Assembly: GCA_944389595.1 (NCBI GenBank)
Contig: CALXMY010000002.1
Coordinates: 150,338 to 214,337, forward strand
Source of the DNA: an uncultured Alphaproteobacteria bacterium
Lineage (GTDB): Bacteria > Pseudomonadota > Alphaproteobacteria > Rs-D84
DNA length: 64,000 bases
Direction of reading: 5' to 3'
The notes under the pieces are model-generated. The model was not told the DNA's origin. It made no database searches and saw only the letters and a list, made by a program, of their open reading frames with translations. Position 1 is the first letter of the stretch. Every line of letters starts with the position of its first letter. Below are positions 9,186 through 17,869 of this stretch, one piece after another. The translations under genes were made by a program, and so were the position numbers.

Positions 9186-10752
9186 TGGTTTATCGGCTGA
9201 TTTAATTGCACGTGTGTTGGGCGACGCGCCAAAATATACTTTGGCGGAACTGGAGGAAAAATTCCCGCCACGCAATTTGCCGGATGGTGCGTTTGTAACG
9301 CGCTTTGCACCCAGTCCCACGGGTTATATGCATATTGGTGGCCTGTACCAGGCATTGATTGATTGCAAATTGGCATATGATACGGGTGGTGTTTTTATGC
9401 TGCGCATCGAAGATACAGATACCAAGCGCGAGGTTGCAGATGCCGTAGAAATAATCAAAAATTCAATGCAACGATTCGGGTTGAAGTATAATGATATGCC
9501 TGAATATGGGCCGTATTATCAGTCCCAGCGGCGCGATATTTATCACAGTGTGGCGGCCGATTTATTGGCGCGTGGTTTGGCGTATCCGTGCTTTTTAACC
9601 GCGGACGAGATGGCGCGTATTCGTGAAAATCAAAAGGCTGCGGGCTTTGCCACCGGCATTTATGGTGAATTTGCGCGCGACCGCGATATTACTGATGATG
9701 AAATAATTCGCCGTCTGGACGCGGGAGATGTTCCATCGATTCGTTTGTATTCAACCGGTAATCCGCAACAGCGAATTTTCTGTAAAGATGCCGTTCGTGG
9801 TTCAATTGGTTTCCCAGAAAATAACGAAGATATTGTTTTAATTAAATCAAATGACGGTTTGCCAACGTATCATTTCGCGCACCTGTGCGATGACCATTTT
9901 ATGCGCACAACACATGTTGTGCGTGGCGAAGAATGGTTGCCGTCATTTCCGTTGCATATTCAATTGTTTCGCATGATGGGGTGGGCACCGCCGATGTATA
10001 TTCATACATCAACAATTGATAAAATTGATGCGGATACTGGAAAACAGCGAAAATTATCCAAGCGTCATGACCCCGAGGCAAATGTTGCATTCTTTCTGGC
10101 CGATGGTTGGCCGGTCGAGGCTGTGTTGGAATATTTATTCAATATTGCGGCATCTGGATATGAAGAGGCAAAAAACAAAGGACAGGTTAAAAATATTTGG
10201 GAATACCAATTGCGACCCAAAAAAATTCCGATGTCGGGCGCGTTGTTTGATATGAAAAAGTTAGAATGGTGGGCGCGTGAATTTATCGGGACGTTGCCGG
10301 TTGATGAATTGGCGCGGCGCGTTCGTGATTGGGCAAATGAATATGACCCGGTGTGGGCGGCGCGAATCGGTGATAAACCGGAATATCTGAAAAATATTTT
10401 GGCAATTGAACGTGATAATCCAAAACGCATTCGCAAAGATTTTATTACGTGGAAACAAACTTTGGACGAAGTGTCTTATTTTTGGGACGATTTATTCGCG
10501 CCGAATACCGAATATGCGTTTAATTATGATTTGTTGCGCGCGTTTTTGGATGGGTTTGACATTTGTGATGATAAAGATACTTGGTGGAATAAAATTGTTG
10601 CGATTGCCGCAAATGCGGGTGTTAAAAATGGTGATGTTGCGATGAATCTGCGTGTGGCGGTGACGGGACGCACAAATACCCCGGACCTGTATTCGATTAT
10701 GCGGGTTATGGGGCAAGAACGTGTTGTGCAAAGAGTAAAAAATGCAATTTAA
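9178..10752 (+). CDS. gltX: Glutamate--tRNA ligase
   Basis: FAPSPTGYMHIGG (HIGH motif) and KLSKRH (KMSKS-like motif). Confidence 0.85.
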   Translation: MRNGLSADLIARVLGDAPKYTLAELEEKFPPRNLPDGAFVTRFAPSPTGYMHIGGLYQALIDCKLAYDTGGVFMLRIEDTDTKREVADAVEIIKNSMQRFGLKYNDMPEYGPYYQSQRRDIYHSVAADLLARGLAYPCFLTADEMARIRENQKAAGFATGIYGEFARDRDITDDEIIRRLDAGDVPSIRLYSTGNPQQRIFCKDAVRGSIGFPENNEDIVLIKSNDGLPTYHFAHLCDDHFMRTTHVVRGEEWLPSFPLHIQLFRMMGWAPPMYIHTSTIDKIDADTGKQRKLSKRHDPEANVAFFLADGWPVEAVLEYLFNIAASGYEEAKNKGQVKNIWEYQLRPKKIPMSGALFDMKKLEWWAREFIGTLPVDELARRVRDWANEYDPVWAARIGDKPEYLKNILAIERDNPKRIRKDFITWKQTLDEVSYFWDDLFAPNTEYAFNYDLLRAFLDGFDICDDKDTWWNKIVAIAANAGVKNGDVAMNLRVAVTGRTNTPDLYSIMRVMGQERVVQRVKNAI

Positions 10753-11758
10753 ACCAGACGAAACTTTCATTGATATGGGAAAGCCAATGGAGGCTGGTAT
10801 GCGGCGGCCACCGTATGTTGCAGTATTTGAACGAGACGGAAAAAAATTATTTTATTTAGCGGAAACGCATTCGACTGTCGAATCGTTTAATATGGTTAAT
10901 GATTGCTTTAAACATAAAGATTTGCCTGATGTTTTTGTTGTTGAGTATGAAAGTTCCGGGCGAAAACTACATGATTTAGATAGCGATGCATTGGTATCTC
11001 GTATAAAGTTTTATAACATATTATCGGCGATGCAAAAATTGGAACCCGGTAAAGAATTTACAATTAGTAGTGATAAGAGTTTGAATACATTAGAGTACGG
11101 AGCGGCTATGGCCACAAGTCTGGGTGTTCCAGTCGTCTTGGCAGATATTGGGCACGATGCGCGTCAAGCGGCATTAAATGATGCATTTCCTGGGCATAAA
11201 ATAGATGTTCGGGCAGCGGTTGCGGCGACGCCGAAAACTGGATGTACTAATATGGTTGAGGCGTTTGAGCTTCAGGTTTTTAATGCGTTGCAAGAAATTT
11301 ATCCCGGTTATAAATTTGATAGGCAGAAATTATTGCGTGTTTTTAATGCTGGATGCAGGGAAAATTGTAATGTAGCGGATATTTCGGTTCAAAAGTTATT
11401 ACGACGAAATATGGTACGCGCATGGAATGAAAATTTCCCAGATTTACCAATTGATATTAATGGTATGAATAATATTTTGAATTCAAAGTGGGTTCAGGAT
11501 TTTGAGTTTTTGAAACAAAATCCAAATGCATATCTGCAAATGACTATGCTGTTTCGTGATCCGTATATGTTGAATCAAATTGCTGATGCGTTAAATAAAA
11601 ATGATACTGTATGGTGTCATTTTGGTGAAGGGCATTTCCGCAGCCAGTATAAAAATCTTGTTAAGTGGATGGGTATGCCAAAATATTATATTGATTATGC
11701 GAATAATCGTAAAAATAAAGTAAATTTAAAGCAATTGGAACAGGAGTACGATAAATGA
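10742..11758 (+). CDS. TraB/GumN (Tiki-like) family protein, putative; atypical codon usage
   Basis: N-terminal LFYLAETH and C-terminal HFGEGHF resemble the LGTxH ... GxxHL motifs of TraB/GumN; codon usage (CTT, TCT, AGT, GGA) differs from neighbours. Confidence 0.35.
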   Translation: MQFKPDETFIDMGKPMEAGMRRPPYVAVFERDGKKLFYLAETHSTVESFNMVNDCFKHKDLPDVFVVEYESSGRKLHDLDSDALVSRIKFYNILSAMQKLEPGKEFTISSDKSLNTLEYGAAMATSLGVPVVLADIGHDARQAALNDAFPGHKIDVRAAVAATPKTGCTNMVEAFELQVFNALQEIYPGYKFDRQKLLRVFNAGCRENCNVADISVQKLLRRNMVRAWNENFPDLPIDINGMNNILNSKWVQDFEFLKQNPNAYLQMTMLFRDPYMLNQIADALNKNDTVWCHFGEGHFRSQYKNLVKWMGMPKYYIDYANNRKNKVNLKQLEQEYDK

Positions 11759-12501
11759 CAAAAACAACAAAAGTTATACGTAAAAAATTGAAAGAAGTTA
11801 AACACAATCCTCGGGGTAGTCGTTTATTACGTATTCTACGTGCTACGGGCTTGTTTCGTTGGGAAAGACCAAGTACGAAGTCGGAAGAAGTCTTAAATAT
11901 CTTGACGCATGGGATTGGTATTGGTCTTGCAATAGCCGGTTTAACTTTATTGGTTGTCTTTGCGGCTTTGTCTGGTAATGCGTGGTCAATTGTTTCTTGT
12001 GCTATATTTGGCGTAACTATGTTTACGTTGTACTTCGGTTCCACAATGTGCCATGCAACGATTGGCAAAAAAAGCGAATGTTTTTTTGAAGTGTGGGACA
12101 GCGTTGCCATCTATGCATTGATTGCCGGCACATACACGCCATTTTTGCTGGTAAATTTGCGTGGTGGATTGGGATGGACTGTGTTCGGCATTTTATGGGC
12201 CATTGTGATTTTGGGCGCGATTATGAAAATGCGCAGTCCAAAACAGCAACCAAAATGGATTGTTGCGTTGTATCTGGTTATGGGGTGGACATTGTTGTTC
12301 ATATTGCCGGCAATGTTGCATAATATTCCGCCGCGTGGATTGTGGTTTATTTTGGCGGGCGGATTGTCGTATTCGTTGGGGGTAATATTTTACCTGTGGC
12401 GGAAAATGAAGTTTTCACATGCGATTTGGCATCTGTTTGTAATCGGGGGCAGTGTGTGTTTCTTTTTCGCGGTTTTGTTCGGATGCATAATTGATTTTTA
12501 G
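11755..12501 (+). CDS. Hemolysin III family channel protein (PAQR)
   Basis: 7-TM protein with ...THGIG..., HAT...D..IY..IAGTYTPF, ...HAIWHLFV motifs. Confidence 0.75.
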   Translation: MTKTTKVIRKKLKEVKHNPRGSRLLRILRATGLFRWERPSTKSEEVLNILTHGIGIGLAIAGLTLLVVFAALSGNAWSIVSCAIFGVTMFTLYFGSTMCHATIGKKSECFFEVWDSVAIYALIAGTYTPFLLVNLRGGLGWTVFGILWAIVILGAIMKMRSPKQQPKWIVALYLVMGWTLLFILPAMLHNIPPRGLWFILAGGLSYSLGVIFYLWRKMKFSHAIWHLFVIGGSVCFFFAVLFGCIIDF

Positions 12502-12505
12502 CATA

Positions 12506-12534
12506 TTGACATTTATATAAATTGGTACTATTAT
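12506..12534 (+). promoter_or_regulatory. Sigma70-type promoter TTGACA-N17-TATTAT upstream of thrS leader
   Basis: ttgaca at 12506-12511, 17-nt spacer, tattat at 12529-12534. Confidence 0.6.
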
Positions 12535-12544
12535 TCATTTTGTT

Positions 12545-12604
12545 ATGAAAAAATATTTTATTTTCTTTGTCACAACAACAACTACAACCCCCGCGGGGGT
12601 GTAA
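12545..12604 (+). CDS. Thr-rich leader peptide (MKKYFIFFVTTTTTTPAGV) upstream of thrS
   Basis: ATG 12545; six consecutive Thr codons aca aca aca act aca acc; stop TAA 12602-12604 embedded in a 12-nt perfect palindrome cccccgcggggg. Confidence 0.55.
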   Translation: MKKYFIFFVTTTTTTPAGV

Positions 12605-12687
12605 GATTCTGTTTGCGGTTTTTACCGCGTAATGCAATAATTTAATCAATTCGAAATTTAACAAAATAACTGACAAAGGAATTTATT

Positions 12688-14421
12688 ATGTCATATCCAA
12701 TTGAAACTGTACGACATTCGCTGGCGCATGTTATGGCGGCGGCGGTGAAAAAACTATATCCAGATGTAAAGTTCGCGGGTGGCCCGGCCATCGAAAATGG
12801 CTTTTATTACGATTTTGATACTGAACACCGTTTTTCCGAGGAGGATTTTGAAAAAATCGAACGTGAAATGCGCGATTTAATCAAATCAAACGGTCGTTTT
12901 GAACAGCGTAATGTATCACTGGACGAGGCCAAGGAAATATTCGCATCCCAACCGTATAAAATGGAATGGTTGAACGAATATGATGCCGCGGGCGAGGCTT
13001 TATCGATATATACTTTCCGCGATTTTGTGGATTTGTGTCGTGGGCCGCACGTTGAAAGTTCCAAGGATTTACCGCGTGACGCGTTCAAAATTCGCACTGT
13101 TGCCGGCGCGTATTGGAAGGGCGACGCAAAAAATAAAATGCTGCAACGTATTTATGTTGATGCGTTTGCAAGCAAGGAAGAACTGGACGAATTTTTGAAA
13201 ATGCAGGCCGAGGCCGCCGCGCGTGATAACCGCAAATTGGGCAAAGAAATGGATTTGTTCCATTTTGAACCAGATTACGCGCCGGGCGCAGTGTTTTGGC
13301 ATGACAAGGGATATAAAATTTATCGCAAACTGATTGACTATATTCGTCATCGCCAGGAACGCGCTGGTTACCTGGAAATTTCCACGCCGTCGGTTATGGA
13401 CCGGTCGCTGTGGGAACGCAGTGGGCATTGGGCCAAATACGGTGAACACAATTATTCCGGAAAAACCCAGGATGGTAAAATATTCTGTGTAAAGCCTATG
13501 TCTTGCCCGGGTGGGATGTTGGTGTTTGGACAGGGTATTAAATCGTACAAAGATTTACCGATGTATTTGGCCGAATTTGGCAAAGTTAATCGGTACGAGG
13601 CCGCAGGCGGTCTGTCCGGCCTGATGCGTGTGCGCGAATTTACCCAGGATGATGCGCATATTTTCTGTACCGAAGAACAGTTGGAGGACGAGGTTGTAAA
13701 AATCCTGCGGTTTATCAAGGATGTTTATGCTAAATTCGGATTTACCAATATTTCCATGAAGTTGGCCACGCGTAAAGATTCTGAATTCCGTATCGGATCG
13801 GACGAAATTTGGGACAAGGCCGAAGGCGCATTAAAACACGCGTTGGATGCAAATGGTATCGAATACGAAATCGAACCGGGTGATGCCGCGTTTTATGGGC
13901 CGAAAATCGATAACTATCTGAAAGATGCGCTGGGGCGCACGTGGCAATGTGGCACCGTGCAATTGGATATGAATTTGCCGGAACGCTTTGATTTGTCGTA
14001 TATCGGCGAAGATGGCGAAAAGCATCGTCCGATTATGTTGCATCGTGCTATGTTGGGTTCTATTGAACGGTTTATGGGTATATTGCTGGGATCAACGGGT
14101 GGAAATTTGCCGCTGTGGTTATCGCCTGAACCCGTGGTTGTGACCCCGATTTCGGAAAAATTCCGCGAATATGCCGTTGAAATCGCGGACCGTCTGCGCG
14201 ACGCGGGTGTGTATGCACGTGCTGATTTGCGTGATGAAAAGGTTAATTATAAAATCCGCGAATTGTCGTTGGCAAAAACGCCAATCATCGCGATAGTAGG
14301 CGAAAAGGAAATGGAAAATAAATCTGTGACGCTGCGCCGTTTGGGTGTGGAAAAGCAAGAAACCATTCCCGTCGATGAATTTATTGCGCAAATGGTGGAT
14401 GCGGTTAAAATGCCTGCATAA
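12688..14421 (+). CDS. thrS: Threonine--tRNA ligase (lacks N-terminal TGS domain)
   Basis: HSLAHVMAAAVKKLYP (N2 editing domain), class II catalytic core, anticodon-binding C-terminus; 577 aa versus approx 640 in E. coli. Confidence 0.85.
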   Translation: MSYPIETVRHSLAHVMAAAVKKLYPDVKFAGGPAIENGFYYDFDTEHRFSEEDFEKIEREMRDLIKSNGRFEQRNVSLDEAKEIFASQPYKMEWLNEYDAAGEALSIYTFRDFVDLCRGPHVESSKDLPRDAFKIRTVAGAYWKGDAKNKMLQRIYVDAFASKEELDEFLKMQAEAAARDNRKLGKEMDLFHFEPDYAPGAVFWHDKGYKIYRKLIDYIRHRQERAGYLEISTPSVMDRSLWERSGHWAKYGEHNYSGKTQDGKIFCVKPMSCPGGMLVFGQGIKSYKDLPMYLAEFGKVNRYEAAGGLSGLMRVREFTQDDAHIFCTEEQLEDEVVKILRFIKDVYAKFGFTNISMKLATRKDSEFRIGSDEIWDKAEGALKHALDANGIEYEIEPGDAAFYGPKIDNYLKDALGRTWQCGTVQLDMNLPERFDLSYIGEDGEKHRPIMLHRAMLGSIERFMGILLGSTGGNLPLWLSPEPVVVTPISEKFREYAVEIADRLRDAGVYARADLRDEKVNYKIRELSLAKTPIIAIVGEKEMENKSVTLRRLGVEKQETIPVDEFIAQMVDAVKMPA

Positions 14422-14488
14422 ACGCAAAAAAATATGGCGCGGCGTGTCCGCGCCATTATAATATGTGTATAAGCAAAGGAATGGAATT

Positions 14489-14632
14489 ATGAAAAAAGCA
14501 TTTTTATTGTTGGCAATATTGGTCGCGCCAATCGTTTTGACGGCATGTGCCGGTTCATGTGAAACGGAACCAATAGTCGAAGAAAATCATAAATTAATTG
14601 TGCCACCAAATTTTGGGCAAATGCCGAAATAA
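14489..14632 (+). CDS. Small lipoprotein (47 aa)
   Basis: MKKAFLLLAILVAPIVLTAC... lipobox LTAC; below the ORF-track size cutoff. Confidence 0.4.
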   Translation: MKKAFLLLAILVAPIVLTACAGSCETEPIVEENHKLIVPPNFGQMPK

Positions 14633-14707
14633 CGGAATGTACATAATTTTTGGAATTCATGGTTTTTTATGATATAATATATGGGACAGAACCATGGGGG
14701 ACAACCA

Positions 14708-15520
14708 ATGAATAATGACGACAATTTGGATTTATTGGATTTAAATGATGATACGGATGGTGCCGATTCGTTACCTGATGCCGCGCCATTGGCGGCACCA
14801 CGGCCAAAAAAACCGTGGTTGTTGCTGGGGGTTGGTGTATTAATAATTATATTGGCAACATATGTTATTATCCGTGTCGTTGGCGGTGATTCGTCATCTA
14901 CGATGGAAATTGATTTGGATGCACCGGCCGTTATTGTCGAGGGTGTTGATCCAAATGCGCCATTGGTTGTTGGAAATGCTGTCCCCGGGGCACCAGATGC
15001 AAATGTACCAAATGTGCCACCGGCACCCGCACCACAACCGGCGGTGGTTGCACCCGCGCCCGCGCCAGTGCCACAACCTGTTGTTCAAAATACCACGCCT
15101 GGGGTGCCCGTGCGTGTTATAGAGGACAGAAAGGAAGTAACGTTTAATCCGAATGTGGCGGTTGAAAAGCCGGCAAGCAAACCGGCGGCAAAACCAGTGG
15201 CCAAACCAAAAAATGTTGAAAAACCAGTGCGGCGTGCAAACGCACAAACGCAACGTGCACAAACTGCACCGGCCAGCGCGGCGTGGTATGCACAAATTGG
15301 ATCATACAGTACGCGTGCATTGGCGGAAAGTGGCCAACGGCAGTTAACCGCATCGCATAAATCACTGTTTTCCGGACATCAATTTGTAATTTTGGCGGCT
15401 GTTTTACCAAATGGAAAAAACACATACAGATTGCGTGTGGGATTTGATACATCGGCCGCGGCAAATAATTTCTGTCGTAATGCCAAGGCAGATGGTTTGG
15501 AATGCTATGTGACGAAATAA
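14708..15520 (+). CDS. SPOR domain-containing protein with Pro/Ala-rich linker
   Basis: TM helix LLLGVGVLIIILATYVII, P/A-rich repeats, C-terminal SPOR fold WYAQIGSYSTRALAE...YRLRVGFDTSAAANNFC...CYV; RBS gggggA 9 nt before ATG 14708. Confidence 0.7.
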   Translation: MNNDDNLDLLDLNDDTDGADSLPDAAPLAAPRPKKPWLLLGVGVLIIILATYVIIRVVGGDSSSTMEIDLDAPAVIVEGVDPNAPLVVGNAVPGAPDANVPNVPPAPAPQPAVVAPAPAPVPQPVVQNTTPGVPVRVIEDRKEVTFNPNVAVEKPASKPAAKPVAKPKNVEKPVRRANAQTQRAQTAPASAAWYAQIGSYSTRALAESGQRQLTASHKSLFSGHQFVILAAVLPNGKNTYRLRVGFDTSAAANNFCRNAKADGLECYVTK

Positions 15521-15540
15521 ATTCATACGGGGGTATAAAA

Positions 15541-15834
15541 ATGTTTGGACGTTTGGGCGGTTGGGAAATTCTGATAATTGTTTTGCTGGTTGTTATATTG
15601 TTTGGGCACAGCAAAATTCCCGGCATGATGAAAAATTTGGCCGATGGCATTAATACATTTAAAAAAGAAATAAAAAACAAGTCGGAAAAAAGTACTAAAA
15701 AGCCGGCAAAGGCCGGTGATGTCCCCCAGGGTGACAAAGGTGCCAAAAATCATGCAACAGATAAAAAAACGGTAAAAAAGCCGGTAAAAGCCGGGGGCAA
15801 AAAAACACCGGGCAGAAAGTCGACAACAAAATAA
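15541..15834 (+). CDS. tatA: Twin-arginine translocase subunit TatA with Lys-rich C-terminal tail
   Basis: MFGRLGGWEILIIVLLVVILFGHSKIPGMMKNLADGINTFKKE. Confidence 0.8.
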   Translation: MFGRLGGWEILIIVLLVVILFGHSKIPGMMKNLADGINTFKKEIKNKSEKSTKKPAKAGDVPQGDKGAKNHATDKKTVKKPVKAGGKKTPGRKSTTK

Positions 15835-15902
15835 TTATTATAAAAAATGTATAAAAAAGCCGGTAAATATCGGCGATGCAATAATTAGAAAATTTATTAA
15901 TT

Positions 15903-15940
15903 TGCGTGGTGCGCGTGCGTCACGCATTTTTTATTTTTTT
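15903..15940 (+). terminator. Rho-independent terminator after tatA
   Basis: GC-rich hairpin tgcgtggtgcgcgtgcgtcacgca followed by ttttttattttttt. Confidence 0.7.
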
Positions 15941-15968
15941 ATACTTAAATTTATGGTATCATATTTTG

Positions 15969-16148
15969 TGACATAACGTATTGTTGTGTCGGGGTATAGC
16001 AACCCTTATTCAAGAGCGTCTGTTATGACGTAAAAACTCCTGCTGCAGGCAGGAGGATGTGTGGAATATACAGAATACACCATACTATTATCTCTTGAAT
16101 ATAGTTGCTAACCTCCTGCCACCTTATAATTTTTGGTGGTTTTTTATT
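15969..16148 (+). ncRNA. Structured leader RNA or sRNA with alternative CCUCCUGC/GCAGGAGG pairings and 3' intrinsic terminator
   Basis: Extended -10 TGgTATCAT at 15954-15962; long helix 15995-16016 with 16092-16110; ctcctgc (16037-43), ggcaggagg (16048-56), cctcctgcc (16112-20) mutually exclusive; terminator ccacc-loop-ggtgg plus T-run 16119-16145; downstream RBS gcaggggg. Confidence 0.5.
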
Positions 16149-16168
16149 AAAAAAAGCAGGGGGACAAA

Positions 16169-17077
16169 TTGAAGTATTTTCTGTTAATATTTGCGCTTTA
16201 TGCGTTGGGTTGTGGCAAATGTGTTGCGGCCGATAAAATCGTGCCCGGTACAAACAATTTGCCATTGGGTAGGAATAGTTTACAAACAGAAAATAGTAAT
16301 TTAACCACAGAAGAATACAAGGCCGCCGCAGAATTACAGGCGGAATTAATAAATTCTGAATTGAATGAAATTGCGGCACAAATTAAACAGTTAAACCCGG
16401 ATTTATATAATCAAATGCAGTCTGAATCAGCAATGAAACAGTTATATGCGTATCGCAGTTGGTTGGCCAGGCAGGCATTTGATTGGTATAAAACACGTTT
16501 GATTGCCGATTTAAAATTAAAAAGTAAAAATACCGGGCGTAATATAAAAAAAATAGGTGAACAAAATAAAGATTATATTTTTTCAAATGAACAAGAGTTT
16601 GATGATTATATCGCTGTAAATTGTGGTGATGATAATGCGTGTCAATTTTGGCTGGATCGTGGCAAGTATGATTCGCCTGAATGTTATACCAAAGATGGTT
16701 ACCGCGATTTTGGCATATGTGAATATGCATTAGATTTTGAAGAATATACATTGTCGTTGTCACCAAATAATATATTCGTTATCAAGGGTGATGCCACAGA
16801 TAATACATTTACTTTTTATGATATTGTTTTGTCACAAACAGAACAGGAATATTTTTTGGATGTTACGGCAACGGTTGGTGATTTGTCTGAATGGATAACG
16901 CATGATAATCAATCAATAAAATTTTATAAGGCGTTGAATGAATTACAAGGACGTGAAAAAAGGCAGTTTATTAAACAATATAGTCAATCATATATGAATG
17001 GTGAAATTGATAATACTGTTCCTGGCAGTGATGTGTGGGGGGTAAGTGTTAATGGTATGGGGGTATTTAATAAATGA
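16169..17077 (+). CDS. Secreted lipoprotein, hypothetical (TTG start)
   Basis: Signal peptide with lipobox ALGCG, Cys-containing C-terminal region; AT-rich lineage-specific gene. Confidence 0.5.
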   Translation: MKYFLLIFALYALGCGKCVAADKIVPGTNNLPLGRNSLQTENSNLTTEEYKAAAELQAELINSELNEIAAQIKQLNPDLYNQMQSESAMKQLYAYRSWLARQAFDWYKTRLIADLKLKSKNTGRNIKKIGEQNKDYIFSNEQEFDDYIAVNCGDDNACQFWLDRGKYDSPECYTKDGYRDFGICEYALDFEEYTLSLSPNNIFVIKGDATDNTFTFYDIVLSQTEQEYFLDVTATVGDLSEWITHDNQSIKFYKALNELQGREKRQFIKQYSQSYMNGEIDNTVPGSDVWGVSVNGMGVFNK

Positions 17078-17805
17078 AATTAGTCCCATATTTGTTCGGA
17101 ATTTTTTTTATAAATGTAACGTTTGCCGCGGAATTGGATGTTTTATGGTTGGGTGATAACCCGTATGCATCCATTTATAATAAAACGAATTCATTACTAA
17201 TTATTAATACATACGATAAAATATCAGAATTAGAAGAAAAATATAATTTGGCGGTTGGCCGCGAACAATCATATGCAAATCGTATGCTGGGTGCGGTATC
17301 GATTGGTGCCGGTGGTATTGGTGGGATGATGTTGGCATCTGGCATTGCGGAACAATCGGCCGATGCGGCGGCGGAACGTGATATGTCTGCATATTTGGCA
17401 ACATTTCGTTGTGATTATGGGGCGGGTAAAAACATTCGTGGTGGTGAAACAAACATAACATTACCGGGTGCAAATATATTGTTAAACCTGCGGACGGAAT
17501 ATATAACATTGGCGGCGGATATAAAGGAACGAAAAACGATGTTGGGGTTAAGTCCCGGGATAGAATCAGCAGTAATAGATGATGCAACGGAATATAATTT
17601 ATATAACAACACCAGCCTAGGAAAGACAGATGGTGCGTATACATCAATATCGCGCGCATTAAGCGAGCCCGGTGGCGATGATGCGACTGAATGGGCGGCG
17701 CAAAAATCAGAATCACAACAACAAACGCAGACAGGTGGTATAGTTGGTGGTGCCGGTGTTGGCATTGGAATAATTGGTAATGTCATTATTAACGGGAAAA
17801 AATAA
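17074..17805 (+). CDS. Secreted glycine-zipper protein, hypothetical
   Basis: Signal peptide MKLVPYLFGIFFINVTFAA; Gly-zipper segments GAVSIGAGGIGGMMLASGIA and GGIVGGAGVGIGIIGNVII; ATGA overlap with upstream gene. Confidence 0.5.
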   Translation: MKLVPYLFGIFFINVTFAAELDVLWLGDNPYASIYNKTNSLLIINTYDKISELEEKYNLAVGREQSYANRMLGAVSIGAGGIGGMMLASGIAEQSADAAAERDMSAYLATFRCDYGAGKNIRGGETNITLPGANILLNLRTEYITLAADIKERKTMLGLSPGIESAVIDDATEYNLYNNTSLGKTDGAYTSISRALSEPGGDDATEWAAQKSESQQQTQTGGIVGGAGVGIGIIGNVIINGKK

Positions 17806-17831
17806 ATTGTAAAATTTTAGATAATAAAAAA

Positions 17832-17853
17832 ACGCGCGTCATTTGGCGCGCGT
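17832..17853. terminator. Bidirectional terminator hairpin between convergent genes
   Basis: acgcgcg-tcatttgg-cgcgcgt flanked by A/T runs. Confidence 0.6.
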
Positions 17854-17869
17854 TAGTTATTGATAAAGT

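Noticed and set aside
15144-15746. 200-aa minus-strand ORF overlapping the SPOR gene and tatA
   Set aside because: It is antisense to two genes with clear family signatures. The Pro/Ala-rich repeat of the SPOR gene generates a long spurious open frame.
16023-16379. 118-aa minus-strand ORF overlapping the structured leader and the start of the lipoprotein gene
   Set aside because: It lies antisense to a region with clear RNA secondary-structure signals and to a well-supported signal-peptide gene. It has no RBS or family support.
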